64,000 nucleotides of DNA, taken from positions 29,698,001 through 29,762,000 of the forward strand of contig OX597831.1 of NCBI GenBank assembly GCA_951406725.2, written 5' to 3'. The number at the start of each line of letters is the position of its first letter. The stretch's first letter is position 1. This stretch comes from Octopus vulgaris (taxonomy: Eukaryota). A program made the position numbers and the translations under genes. Shown in pieces: positions 1 through 13,699 of the stretch. The notes below the pieces were generated by a model. It saw only the letters and a list, made by a program, of their open reading frames with translations, was not told the DNA's origin and ran no database searches.

Positions 1-50
<50 letters not shown>

Positions 51-64
51 AATTTGCATATTGT

Positions 65-500
65 GACCCCCTTCGGTCATGAATGATCATGGGATTGCAC
101 CTAGAAATATACCCTCCAAGGCACAAGTGCGGGCAACGTTGTTTATGGAAGACCAGCAGCCTCTCCTCTCCACACCACCAGTGTTCTTCAAGGGAAAGGC
201 AAAGGGGCCGATATAGCTTGGCACCAGTGACGTCACAACTCATTTATAACGTGCAAGTGGCTGAGCACTCCACAGACACGTGTACCCTTAACATAATTCT
301 CGGGGAGATTCAGCGTGACACGGTGTGTGAAATACAGGTACAACAGAAGCAGAAAGAAAGTGTGAAAGTTGTGGTGAAAGAGTACAGCAGGGTTCACCCA
401 CCCCTCTCGTGCTGGAACCGCAATAAATATTCACAATGCCGGGTCTGGGAATTGAAACCACGATCCTACGACCTAAACACTGGGCCATTGCGCCTCCACA
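65..500 (-). mobile_element. Composite SINE: family B tRNA head plus tail E, abutting a family C tail
   Basis: Minus strand starts GGAGGCGCAATGGCCCAGTG like 60818; 250-340 matches tail E (18800, 40480); 65-245 matches the tail of the copy at 63121-63320. Confidence 0.8.
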
Positions 501-1342
501 TTCGCATACATACATACATACATATATATTTTTTTTTATTTTATCTAGTTTCAGCTCACGAGCTGTGGCCATGCAGGGGCACCACCATTTATATATATAT
601 ATATATATACACATATATACATATGTATATACACATATATACATATATATATACACATATATACATACATAGATACATGCATACAAATACAAATACACAT
701 ACACGCTCACGCACACACACACAAACACACGCACGCACACACACAAACACATACACAAACACACACATACACCCACACACACACGTAACCCCACGCGCAC
801 ACACACACACACACACACATACACCCACATGCTGCTTTGATTTAAGTTAAATAAAGGCATCTTTATTCCATTTATTGTTTTAGCGTGATAAACAGAGTGT
901 TGAAATTAAATTCATAGAAATAACGAAAACCACAACATCAACATCATCATCGACAACAACAACAACAACAACAACAGCAACAACAGCAACAACAACAACA
1001 ATAACAACGGCGATAATAAGAGGCGATTTATGGAAAACCGTCCAAGCGCTCAGTTGGTTGAACTAAAACTGTTATGTGAGGGTGTATATTTATATATAGC
1101 CGTTTAAGTTTAGCCCAAATTTTTATTGATTCGCTGCTATTTTTGTTGTTGTTGTTGTTGTTGTTGTTGTTGCTGCTGCTGCCGCTGCTGCTGCTGCTGC
1201 ACTTGTTCTTGTAAGTGGTGGTGGTGGTGGTTGTGGTGGTCGGAATGGTGTTGTTGCCTGCGGTATTATTCAGACAATGTTTCCAACACAAAACAACCGC
1301 CGTTACATCCACCCTCCTCTCCTCGCCCATCCCTATCGCTTT

Positions 1343-1420
<78 letters not shown>

Positions 1421-2169
1421 CAATACTAGAGTCTGTGTTTCATTCGGAAGTGTTTTGTTGATTATCGGCCGAGAGACTGTTGCTGGCACCTCCGGCTGCG
1501 GACTGGGCTTGTGTAACCTTTAATCAGACATTATAAATGTATGTACTATACATACATACAAGCGTGCATGCATGCATATATATATATATATATATATATG
1601 CTACATTATAATTATATACACACACGCACACACACTTGTGTGTGTGTTTATATATATATATATACATATATCAGCGGCGACTCCGTATTTTCAAGCTGAT
1701 TTAATTTCTACCAACCCTGACTTCAAGTATGTAATCGCAGCCAATAACTCGGACTCCTTTTATTGAGCTTGGTCGCAGTTCATTTATTTTCGTTCGGCGT
1801 CTGGCCGTTGTCTTAGAGGCTCCCTGTGTCAAAAAATATCATTCGTAGCGGACGTCCTCTCGACATCGTTCACAGACACCTGACTCGGGCTCAGAAGTTA
1901 CAGCCTCTGTGTGTGTGTGTGTGTGATATATGTTTATTATACTTGTGTGTATGCATTTAGGTATATGTGTTTCTATATGTGTATTATGTATGTATATATG
2001 TATAACTTTCGTGCAGTGCGATCTTTCGAAAGAGCGTCCAGCATGAAACTTAAGTCAGAACTTCAGCGAAATAAATATATAAGTCAACATACGAGCATAT
2101 ATTGAGTATTATCAGCGTTTACACACTGTAGCATGTGGACTATAAATATGTGTGCGTGTAGAGAGATAG

Positions 2170-2209
<40 letters not shown>

Positions 2210-2215
2210 TCATAG

Positions 2216-2474
2216 ATGTATTTTGTTGACGTCATAAAAATTTATAAACGGCGAGAGAAATAATTCTTTTTGGGAATGGTGGATCTTGAAGCAGTTTAAG
2301 CTACAAATAACTGCGTGTAAGAGTCATTGTTTTCTCTCCAAAGGATTTTTCAACCAAACATGAACACGCAATCATTCACAGCTTTAACTGCTTCGAGACC
2401 CACCGTTCCATAACTTAATTATTTCACCTTCTCATATGCTTTATACATTTTTTATGACGTCAATAACATACAAT
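2216..2474. repeat. Imperfect inverted repeat (~90-bp arms), MITE-like
   Basis: TTGACGTCATAAAAA..GGTGGATCTTGAAGCAGTTTAAGCT is mirrored by AGCTTTAACTGCTTCGAGACCCACC..TTTTTATGACGTCAA; a third partial arm lies at ~2602-2635. Confidence 0.7.
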
Positions 2475-2718
2475 TCTCGTTGGTAAGAAGAAACTTTCAG
2501 AAATGGAATAAAGAAATTCTTTGGATTGTTTTCGTCAAATGATAGAACGCCTGTCATATGTACACGCGGGTTTTAACCCAATATTTATGCACTATTATTT
2601 AGAGCTTTAATTGCTTCAAATTCCACCGTTCCAAAAGACACACATAAATGCATTTATATGTTGCACATACTTACGCACAAATGCATACATATATATATAT
2701 ATATATATAAACACAAAT

Positions 2719-2770
<52 letters not shown>

Positions 2771-2772
2771 CC

Positions 2773-3068
2773 ATCACGTGACCGACCAGTCCATCAGATG
2801 TAGTTACACATCGCTGGTCACAATGTGTTCGCATTGTTTTAGCCTTCGAATGACGCCACCCCGCTGGCTAAGCGAGCAGGCCAACAGAAGAAAGAGTGGG
2901 AAAAAGAGTGGTGAAAGAGTACAGCAGGGATCACCACCCCCTGCCGGAGCCTCGTGGAGCTTTTAGGTGTTTTCGCTCAATAAACACTCACAACGCCCGG
3001 TCTGGGAAACGAAACCGCGATCCTACGACCGCGAGTCCGCTGCCCTAACCACTAGGCCATTGCGCCTC

Positions 3069-3070
<2 letters not shown>
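2773..3070 (-). mobile_element. tRNA-derived SINE, family B, tail 1
   Basis: A box TGGCCTAGTGG and B-box-like GGTTTCGTTTCCC on minus; near-identical to 57642-57944 and 60818-61113. Confidence 0.9.
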
Positions 3071-3100
<30 letters not shown>

Positions 3101-3142
3101 CACACACACACACACACACATATATATACACACACACACACA

Positions 3143-3210
<68 letters not shown>

Positions 3211-3781
3211 CCAGGGGTGTGTTACACTAAGACTTAGAAATGTTTGGCTTTATGTATTTCACGGAACCATTTCCTGCATCACGTGCGAAGAAATATCTTC
3301 GTTATACTTACGAAACGCAGGAGTTTCACGTTACTGATCATCAGGCAGGAGCGAACCTCTGTCTAGTATTGATGGTGGTGGTGGTGCTGGTAGTGGTACT
3401 GGTTGTAGTAGTACTGGTGGTAGTAGTACTGGTGGTGGTGGTGGGGCCTTGGTGGCGGTGGTACTGAAGGTGGTTTTCGTTACGAAAATGGTTGTCGCTT
3501 ACTCATCTTTTTCACATCCGTAGATTTTTTGTTTTTTTTATTTATCTATTTATTTATTTGTTGTTTATTCAAAGCTACTCAACCTCAAAGTAACAAGGAG
3601 GACCTTTGAAATCTTCTGGATGCGGCGTGTGGAGCGGATGTTAATAATATCTCAGATCATATCTCCAGGGAGCGTCCGCCATCATTTAAATCCTCTCAGG
3701 CAACTTTGAGTCATCTCTGACCGAGCAGACCTGTAACCAAAGACATTCCAGCTGTGACCATTCTGCCTATTTTCTATACCC

Positions 3782-4180
3782 TTTTACTCTTTTACTTGTT
3801 TCAGTCATGTGACTGTGGCCATGCTGGAGCACCGCCTTTAGTCGAGAAAATCGGCCCCAGGACTTATTCTTTGTAAGCCCAGTACTTATTCTATCGGTCC
3901 CTTTTGCCGAACCGCTAAGTTACGGAGACGTAAACACACCAGCATCGGTTGTCAAGCGATGTTGGGGGTGACAAACACAGACACACAAACATATACACAC
4001 GCATACATATATACATATATATATACATATATACGACGGGCTTCTTTCAGTTTCCGTCACAAGGCTTTGGTCGGCCCGAGGCTATAGTAGAAGACACTCG
4101 CCCAAGGTGCCACGCAGTGGGACTGAATCCGGAGCCATGTGGTTGGTAAGCAAGCTACTTACCACACAGCCATCCCTACG
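3782..4180 (-). mobile_element. tRNA-derived SINE, family A, with internal microsatellite
   Basis: Head GGCTGTGTGGTAAG..TTCAGTCCC, then CCTTGGGCRAGT, internal (TA/TG)n, and AGTAAAAG tail; many copies in the window. Confidence 0.9.
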
Positions 4181-4395
4181 CTTCTATGTGCAAAAAAAAA
4201 ACCCAAAAAAAACAACAAGAAAAAAAAACCTCATTGTCCAATGTGCTCTTTTCTAAGACAGTAGGATGTAATTTGAAAGTGATTTTGCTGCTATATCTTG
4301 CAAGTTTGGCAACCACGTAGTGGCTTCCTGATTGTCTTGACCCGAGTAAGTAGAGAAGGTGTGATATCATCTTGGAGAGAGAAAGAGTGTGTGTA

Positions 4396-4437
<42 letters not shown>

Positions 4438-4721
4438 TATAGCACAATGTCTGTGCTATCTCTTTTAGCTTATATTTGTTTCAGTATTTGAACTGTGGCC
4501 ATGCTGGGGCAGCGTCTAGAAGGGTTTAGTGGACCAAATCGATCCCCGTGGTATAATTTTATTCTAAGCCTGGTACTTATTTTGTCAGCCTGTGTTTAGC
4601 AAACCGCTAACTCACAGGTTCATAAATATATTGACACCGGTTGTCAAACGGTGGCGGGGAACAAACACAAACTCAAGGAAACACACACGTGTATGTACAT
4701 ATATATATATATATATATATA

Positions 4722-4987
<266 letters not shown>

Positions 4988-5085
4988 TATAGATACACAC
5001 ACACACACACATGTATTTACATATGGCAGGTTTCCTTCAGTTTCCGTCTACGAAATCCACTCATAAGATTTTGCTCGGCCCGGGT

Positions 5086-5521
5086 GCGAAATTTTTCTTG
5101 CCGCGCGAGTTCTGGACCCCAGTGACGAACTCATTTGCATACAACCAATCAGAGCTCACCTTGACCTTGTTGTGAAGTTTAACAACGGTTGGCATTCAAA
5201 ATGGCGCCCTCAGTTGCCACGCGAATCTTGTATTGTGCTCTTATTCAGACGCCAATACCATCGAGGGTGATGTGCAAGCAACCTTCTTCCCTTACAACAC
5301 AAATAACTACGCAGAGGCAGCCATGGTTGAAACAAGAACAAGAACAACAAGCATTCTTAAAAGAGAAAAAAGGCATGGCCATTTCTTACCCAAGTGAGCT
5401 TATCTTATCGCCCATCACTTGTTATGCGCTCATAAATTAGTTTGATAGTTGAGCTCTGATTGGCTGTATGCAAATGAGTTCATAATTGGAGTCCGGAACT
5501 CTCATGAGAAAAAAATTTCGC
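5086..5521. mobile_element. Non-autonomous DNA transposon (MITE), ~75-bp TIRs, inserted in a family A SINE
   Basis: Ends GCGAAATTTTT..CATTTGCATACAACCAATCAGAGCTCA and TGAGCTCTGATTGGCTGTATGCAAATG..AAAATTTCGC; CGGGT duplicated at 5081-5085 and 5522-5526; SINE sequence resumes on both sides. Confidence 0.85.
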
Positions 5522-5903
5522 CGGGTCTATAGCAAAGTGCAACAGAACTGCACCCAATTCTACATGCATGGAAAGCAAAGTTCTTACCAAAGCTTCCAAT
5601 CTGTAATTAATTTAATACGATAGTTAACATTATTGTCCCTCAATTGAAATTAAGGAAGCATTCAAGCGGTTATTGCTAATAATTGTTGACGTCTCAAATA
5701 CGGGAAGTAAATAATAGTGAAATCTTAGACGAGATCTAAGGGATTGTAAGGCGTTGTTTGCAATGCAGTATAAGACGTAAACGAGCAATTATGGCGTTTA
5801 GCTGTCGTTTTAGAATTATAACATTTGATTAACACACACACACACACACACACATGCTCATATACGTGTGTTTGTATGTATAATTACACACGCATGCACA
5901 TGC

Positions 5904-5934
<31 letters not shown>

Positions 5935-6181
5935 GTAGAAATATGTTACAAAAAGAAAATATAAATTACACGTGGAAATGTAAGGGTAAAATATGAAAAA
6001 TCAACGAAAATGCACATTGCAAATAAAAAAGGCTATTTATGACAGGTAACGACAAATATATACATTTAGATTGACTGAGGTAGTAATACGAGTCATAAAA
6101 GTCATTATTATGAGATGATTATAAGCTGATAATAAAGTAAGAGAACAAAACGGACCATGGTTTATGCAAAGCTATTCATCG

Positions 6182-6241
<60 letters not shown>

Positions 6242-6257
6242 ACCTACATACCTACAA

Positions 6258-6303
<46 letters not shown>

Positions 6304-6326
6304 GTATACCTACATACCTACAAACA

Positions 6327-6391
<65 letters not shown>

Positions 6392-6445
6392 GAAAAAAAA
6401 AGTCAAGATAGAAAATGCTAAAATAATTTTATAAAATAAACATTT

Positions 6446-6481
6446 CAGTACCGGTTTCAGTCATTGAGACTTTTTCAACTG
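6446..6481 (-). ncRNA. Minimal type I hammerhead ribozyme motif, U3-A8 core variant
   Basis: Minus: CAG-UUGAAAA-AGUC-UCAAU-GACU-GAAAC-CG-GUA-CUG; stems I and II pair, stem III is the palindrome ACCGGU. Confidence 0.65.
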
Positions 6482-6627
6482 TAACAGTTAAACAATTAAA
6501 TTTATAAAAATTAAAAGAAAAGTTTTTTTTTAAAGAATATTTATATAGTGTTGAAATACAAGTAGCATTTTCCTTGTTTCTGCCTGTCTCTGGTCTCTGT
6601 CTCTCTTGTTTACTCTTGTGGGTTTTA

Positions 6628-6671
<44 letters not shown>

Positions 6672-6705
6672 CATACATACATACATACATACATACATAC
6701 ATACA

Positions 6706-6737
<32 letters not shown>

Positions 6738-7547
6738 CATATATATAATGTGCGAGTGTGTTTATGATTCTTATTGCTCGTATTGACAATTAGAATTATT
6801 CTTTCGAGTTCAAAGAGCTGAATCTGTTAAGTTTACTTTTAACTTTTTAAGTTTTAAACTTAATTTTAAATCTGTAAAGTTGGATGGAATTAAATTCATA
6901 AACTTTAATCAACCCCGAAGGGTTTCCTTTTTTAAGTTTGAAACGTCATCGTTGAATCCATTGAGGTTCAGTGGTTCATCGTAAACTTAATATTGCGGTT
7001 ATCATGCCCCTGGAAAGTCCCTATTCAAACCAGCGAGCCGATTAAAAATGAATTAACTGTAAGAAGATATATCTCTACGTAAGCAACACAGTTTCCGGTG
7101 TAAGGGTCAGAAGCAGCGAGGAGAAGAAGGGGCCTCTATGTTATCACTTCAGCTGAGAGAAATAGCAGCAAAAACTCACCCACTCAGTTACACCGCACCG
7201 TCTTGCAAATTGAACAAAGCAGTTCTTTGTACCCAATGTCCGAATGATAGACGCGATGGTCATCGCTGGAACACCTTTGAGCAATATATGTCTGCTTAGC
7301 CAGTGCTAATCTAGGAAAGTGCTTCTCAGATTTTTTTAACTCTCACCTTCACTGTTTCTTTTTAATAACTTTTCTACAACACCTCTTTCTTATGATTCAG
7401 CGAAATCAAATATGCTAATATGCATACACAAGTCATGACGTTACCTAGTGCTACAGGTGCTATGACTGTCTTTATAGTATGTATGGAAATAATCACAAAT
7501 TTTGGAAAATATCTTTAAGCTATACTCTTTTTTTGTTTTTTTTTTCT

Positions 7548-7765
7548 CTTTTTACTTGTTTCAGTCATTTGACTGCGGCCATGCTGGAGCACCGCCTTTA
7601 GTCGAGCAAATCGACCCCGGGACTTATTCTTTGTAAGCCCAGTACTTATTCTATCGGTCTCTTTTGCCGAACCGCTAAGTGACGGTGACGTAAACACACC
7701 AGCATCGGTTGTCAAGCAATGCTAGGGGGACAAACACAGACACACAAGCACATACACACACACGC

Positions 7766-7796
<31 letters not shown>

Positions 7797-7947
7797 TACG
7801 ACAGGCTTCTTTCAGTTTCCGTCTACCAAATCCACTCACAAGGCATTGGTCGGCCCGGGGCTATAGCAGAAGACACTTGCCCAAAATGCCACGCAGTGGG
7901 ACTGAACCCGGAACCATGTGGTTGGTTAGCAAGCTACTTACCACACT
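7548..7947 (-). mobile_element. SINE family A
   Basis: Near full-length match to 3782-4180 and 24616-25006. Confidence 0.9.
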
Positions 7948-9146
7948 TCTTTTTTATTAACATATATATACGGGGTGTGTGTGTGTGTGTGTTCGTGTGT
8001 GTATATGTATATATGTGTGTATGTTTTGTCTATTCACATTCTAAAATTATTGTTCGTGTTAGAACTTAAATAGGGGGCAAAGACTGGGAAAAAAATGTAT
8101 AGATGTACTTCTCACTTGCTATCACCCCTTTCGCCCTAGTACCCTTATAAAATTTTCTATCACCCTCCTAGGGAGCGATACCTTCCACTTGGAGATGTAA
8201 TTAATTGAAATAAATTACAGAACTACAATTAAACTTTGTCCATGTCTGAATTTTAGTTTTCATAAAATGTGACTCATTAGCAACAACTGTTGAACTTGCG
8301 CCTGGGTTAGCAACCGTTTCCATGGGGTTGGTTGAGATTGGTACCAGTAATATACTGAGTCCGATTAATAAGCATAATACTGTTCTTTTTTTTATCGTTG
8401 CGGTATGGTCGTGAGTTCAATTCCTTGCACAGGTGGTTGCGTCAGGATAATCACATACACCACTGTGTAAAGAAATATATTTTTGGAGAAACCACTCAGA
8501 TAATTAGGTGTTTTCATCATTATTGCTGATCATTAGCTACTATAATTAAAGTTAAGTATAATAATTATCATTAACTACTATAATTAGCTGCAATATTCAA
8601 CAGGTACAATAATAATAATTAACAAGTACATTAGTATATGTGTGCCAGAATACATATATAGAGACAGAGAGAGAGGTAGGTAGAAGCAGAGACAGACAAA
8701 CAAAGATGCACACAAACATGCATAATATTAATTAACAGGTGCGAAAATAGTTTAGGGCACAATAACAAATAGCAGGTATAATAATTAGCAGGTAGAATAA
8801 TAATTAGTAGGTATAGTAATTAATATCAAGTGCATTAATTACCTTTACCGTCTACATCTTTTGAATTTTAGTAATTGGTAATTTGTTTTATAACTATTGT
8901 ACTAAGATTACACGTTTGATACTCATTTAGCCTGCTTATCCATCCATCCATACATACATACATACATACATCCATACATACATACATACATACATACATA
9001 CATACATACATACATACATGCATACATTACATACATACATACATACATGCATAGGTGTATCTATGTGTGTGTGTGTATATATATATTATATATCTATCTG
9101 TCTCTCTGTCTATCTATCTATCTATCTATCTATATATATATATATT

Positions 9147-9177
<31 letters not shown>

Positions 9178-9182
9178 CTATC

Positions 9183-9259
<77 letters not shown>

Positions 9260-9297
9260 CATACCTACACTATTTCTATATGCATATATGTAAATGA

Positions 9298-9345
<48 letters not shown>

Positions 9346-9581
9346 GCATATATAAATATATATAAAATGCATAAACAAATATATATAAATGCATATATAC
9401 ACATGTATATGTAGGGAAATATATATGTATACACATACACATATACAAATGTATATAAACATATATGTATCCATATATAGTGCGTAAATTAGTAGCTCCA
9501 GCTCTCTGAAGCTACTAGTTTTGTTGTGGTTATACGTAGATTGTGCTTGTTTCTCTCTGGGATTGTTCAAATGATATAGAC

Positions 9582-9623
9582 GTCTCTGACGAGACCTCAA
9601 TAATACCAGAAATCGATTAAGAC
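9582..9623 (+). ncRNA. Degenerate hammerhead motif
   Basis: GTCT-CTGACGA...GAAATCGATTA-AGAC; stem I pairs, stem II is decayed. Confidence 0.4.
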
Positions 9624-9695
9624 TGTTCATCGTTTCTTTTTTCAGTCTTCAGAGATATAAGTTAAATTCGCCATCTCTGTATGTCTACAATGTTG

Positions 9696-9728
<33 letters not shown>

Positions 9729-11020
9729 CATACATACATACATACATACATACATACATACATACATACATACATACATACATACATACATACACGTACA
9801 TATGTATGTTTGTGTATATGTATTTCTGTATATACATATATATACACACACACACAGATAAGTTCCACTTCAGAAGGAGCCAAATCAACATACCATGTCT
9901 ATGACATAGATTTTTCCCATTAACGATCCACAAATTAAAAATTCAGCTAGAAAAAAATAAATGATAATTAAAACAAAAAAAATCAACACATCTTTCTTCT
10001 TGCTTTTCCCAATTCCGTTTTTGCCTCTCTTTCCTCGCTCTTTGCACATGCGCACATATCTTCACTTGTAAAGTACTTTTATATATAAGCATATATACAC
10101 ACATATATTTACGTACGTATGTATATACGAATATATATATATATATATGGATGGATGGATGGATGGTTGGATGGACGCTTGAACATTTGTATGTATAAAT
10201 GTAAGGAAGTGTACATTTATGTGTGCATGAATGTACGTACGTACGTAGGTGTGTAATGTATGCACGATGGTATAAATGTGTGTATGTATAATTGTATGTA
10301 TGTTTGTATCGTTGTATATACATATATAAAATTTATGAGTAAATAAACACTTTCTTTCATTCGGAATCCATAAAAAAAAGATATTTTGTTCAAGAAGTGT
10401 TGAGGGGAGGGGCGGGAATGAAAGGTTTATTCAAATAAATGGGTTCACGTATGGTAATGATTCCCTTTGTAAAAAGTAGTCCCTTCAATGAAACAAAACG
10501 TTCCTTTTCTCTGATACATTTCAGGGATGCTGAACCCCTTAATGTACAGGGTCAACAGAGTTTGTTTTAAAAAAAAATCAATAAATCAATAATTAAGTGT
10601 ATATATATATATATATATACAAGAGTTTTTTTTATACTTAACTCTGAATAGATTTAAGGGTAGCTGGGCTCAGTGGGGTTTGGTGAGGGAGAGGGTGGAT
10701 AGGAACAAAAGCCCTTATAAACCAGATCGGTAAAAGCAACAACAACAAAACAATGAACAGAGAAAGTATAACGAATCTATTTTCCCACCGATGTTTTGAG
10801 GAAACGTAAAAAAATAGAGCTTCTATGATCTACCACCACTATTACCAACACCATCACCACCACTACAGCCACCACCACAGCAACAACAACAACAACAGCC
10901 GCCACGACCACCACCACCGTCAACAATAACAACAACAACAGGAACGACATTATCAGGGACAAGAGCTGAAAACAATAAGCAAAGCAGGTACCCCAGATAA
11001 TATCAGTTAATCTAAAGCGA

Positions 11021-11055
11021 CGGACAGGTTTCAGTCTTATTATACCTCATCAGCG
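11021..11055 (-). ncRNA. Degenerate hammerhead motif
   Basis: Minus: CG-CTGATGA-GGTATAATAAGACT-GAAAC-CT-GTC-CG; short stem I. Confidence 0.45.
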
Positions 11056-11104
11056 AAATATATTTACGACTGTTGACAAGACATGTACAAATATTTAGCA
11101 CACA

Positions 11105-11390
11105 CGAGGCACAAATCCGGGCAAGGTTGTCTTTATGGAAGATCGCCAGTCACCCATGCATACCTTTCTTCCCCCTCGATGCCACCGATGTCATCCAAAG
11201 GAAAGTCAAAGGTCGATATAGCTTGACACCAGCGACGTCACAACTCATTTCTACAACTAAGTGAACTGGAGCGACGTGAAATAAAGTGTCTTGCTCAAGA
11301 ACACAACACACAGGTCGAGTCCCGGAATCGAACTCGCTGCGCATGATTGATTGTAAAGCCCGATTCTCTAACCACTGAGCCATGCGTCTT
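11105..11390 (-). mobile_element. tRNA-derived SINE, family C, with CORE-like central domain
   Basis: A box TGGCTCAGTGG, B box GTTCGATTCC, then GTTGTGTTCTTGAGCAAGACACTTTATTTCACG; matches 63121-63454. Confidence 0.85.
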
Positions 11391-11859
11391 ACACAAACCT
11401 CTCTCTGTAATGATTTAAGAATACAAAAGAACGTGTATTTTAGTATAGTTCTTTGCTGTGATTTATTCCTACAGCAAACCTGTGATGACGTTTACAGACC
11501 ACAAACCGCACACGGAATTAAATAAATTATAGGATACACGCAGCCGTTGTAGCTTCTCTTCTTTTCTTTTTTTTTTTATCTCGCTGTGGTTTCAAATGTC
11601 ACTAAGTCTCGAGTAATGTGGTCGCTGATCAAGAGACAATAAATCCTCTGTAAACATCTTGCAGCGTTACTTTATTTTATTTGTTTATTTTATCTATTCC
11701 ACTCTCACGCGTCTACCTCGGCAGTAATTCAACAATATTGCTGTCTCTAACTAACACCACTGAGGTGATGAAAAACCGAAATGAAACAATATATTGTAAC
11801 TTTGGAGACAATATTTATGATGTTTGCCGGTATGAACTATACAAATGTATCACCCCCAC

Positions 11860-12420
11860 CACCACCGACTTTGTTTCCTCATAACTTTCAGAAAAATGGA
11901 TATTTTTTTCAACAGCTTTTCTACATATACGTTTCAGATAGCATAAATTACGATCATACGAGAATTTGTCGCGAAAAGAAATCCGAGTGTGTAGTAGAGG
12001 TATTTAGGATAATTCACACAAGTCGAATTTATTTCCTCATAATTTTCAGAAACTGCCTGTTTTTAACGAAATTCTCTGCAAACATTTTTCAGATGGTGTA
12101 CATTCCGAATCTATTGGATTTTGTTGTGAACAGATTTTTCGGGATAGGGGTGGGCTTGATGAGTTTCTGATAATTCACAATAGACGAATTTGTTTCCTCA
12201 TAATTTTCAGAAAAATGGGCATTTTTTAATGAAATGTTCAACCAATGCTTTTCAAATAAGGTGTAGATTTTGATTATGTCTTAATTTGTGGCAAATGTGG
12301 AGATGGTAGAGAAATTCTGGATAATTCCAAACGAGTCCACTTTGTTTCCTCATAACTTTCAGAAAGTGGTTATTTTCTGTAAATACCTTTCAGATGGTGT
12401 AGATTACGAATATTTCGAAA
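11860..12420 (+). repeat. Diverged tandem array, ~155-160-bp unit, ~4 copies
   Basis: TTTRTTTCCTCATAAYTTTCAGAAA recurs at ~11870, 12028, 12189, 12341. Confidence 0.85.
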
Positions 12421-12490
12421 TTTAATATGAAAAAAATTGGTTGGTGCTCACATACATACTGACACACATTACATATCATATGTATGCGTA

Positions 12491-12550
<60 letters not shown>

Positions 12551-12859
12551 CGTGCGAGCGTGTATGTGTGTGTATGCACGTGCGGGTGTATGTGTGTGTG
12601 TGTGTCCGTGCGTGTGTCTGTGCCTCTGTTTGACCCACCCTATCACTTGACAGCTGGTTTTGGTTCGTTGATGTCTCTGTAACTTAGCGGTTCGGCAAAA
12701 AAGATATCCACAGAATATGTACCAGTCTTGAAAAAAGTAATGTATGTATATATGATTATATCTATATATTATTTATATATACGTCACACACTTCTGTCAA
12801 GATTTTCAAGCAATTTAAGATTCTATGCTATAAACATAAATATTTTCTACCACTGAGAA

Positions 12860-12982
12860 GTAATGCAATATATATCGGGCGCAGATTGTATCGATAACCA
12901 ACTAGAAGGGACGTCCTCCTAGGGTTAAAATTTTAGTAACGTCAGCTCCTACGGAACAGCTATGTTGAATTGACGATAAACA
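12860..12982 (-). repeat. Dispersed copy of the 43440-44610 repeat family
   Basis: Minus: ACATAGCTGTTCCGTAGG..TTTTAACCCTAGGAGGACG..GTTGGTTAT..GATATATATTGCA matches 43461-43562. Confidence 0.75.
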
Positions 12983-13033
12983 CAGCTCCTCAGTAAAGTC
13001 CCTCTCCATCTCTTATACAGAGTTTCTATCTAG

Positions 13034-13374
13034 CTACCCGCTATTACTCATTGGGGTATCTCCAGATCTTTTCGACATTTTCGACAGTATCTTCACATCA
13101 CAAAGCAGAAAACAGGCGGTAACCACAATGAGTAACAAGTGAGGAGGTCACTGTGACACTTGCTGACAATAAGCTGCCACCAAACCCCATCCAGCCATCC
13201 ATCCAGGGTAGGTGAGGTTACCTGTCATAACGGTATACGGTGCCTGTACTTGGTGGAACCTTTCAAGCACTTTGCGAAGTTATCTATTTGTGGCGAGTTG
13301 CGTTGGCATTCAAAAAACTTCCGGATTTTGGAGGTTTTCGGATTTTGGAATTTTGGATTGATAGCTTTCAGTTG
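13034..13374 (-). mobile_element. 5' end of a Tigger4/Zombi-like pogo transposon (TIR, 5' UTR, transposase start)
   Basis: Plus-strand end GGATTTTGGAGGTTTTCGGATTTTGG..CAGTTG followed by TA; minus-strand ATG at 13078 gives MSKRSGDTPMSNSG, resembling the Tigger4 N-terminus as I recall it. Confidence 0.65.
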
Positions 13375-13564
13375 TATTGGGTTTACCCCAGTATGGTCAA
13401 AGTAGGATTAAAAGCATTTAGAAAATATTGAGTAAGCACAGACACAAGCGCGCACACACACATATACGTATATCTTATTTTTTACTTAATAACTGTCACT
13501 GAGCTGCGGCCATGATAGGATATGACCTTCAAGAGTTTTTTGATGTCCTGTACCCATATATGCA

Positions 13565-13614
<50 letters not shown>

Positions 13615-13699
13615 GGTATGTACATATACGTATGTATATATGCATGTATTTATCTATTATTTATATTATTATATGATCTAACGCCACGCATCCTTTTCC

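Noticed and set aside
6076-6085. TGAGGTAGTA, the let-7 5' end (similar at ~47388)
   Set aside because: The rest of the mature sequence and a precursor hairpin are absent
6911-6924. Hairpin AACCC-CGAA-GGGTT followed by a T run, terminator-like or Helitron-end-like
   Set aside because: 5-bp stem only, no upstream gene and no CTRR end
8500-8830. Cluster of TAATTA homeodomain-like sites
   Set aside because: Explained by a decayed ~17-bp AT-rich tandem repeat (TAATTAGCAGGTA)
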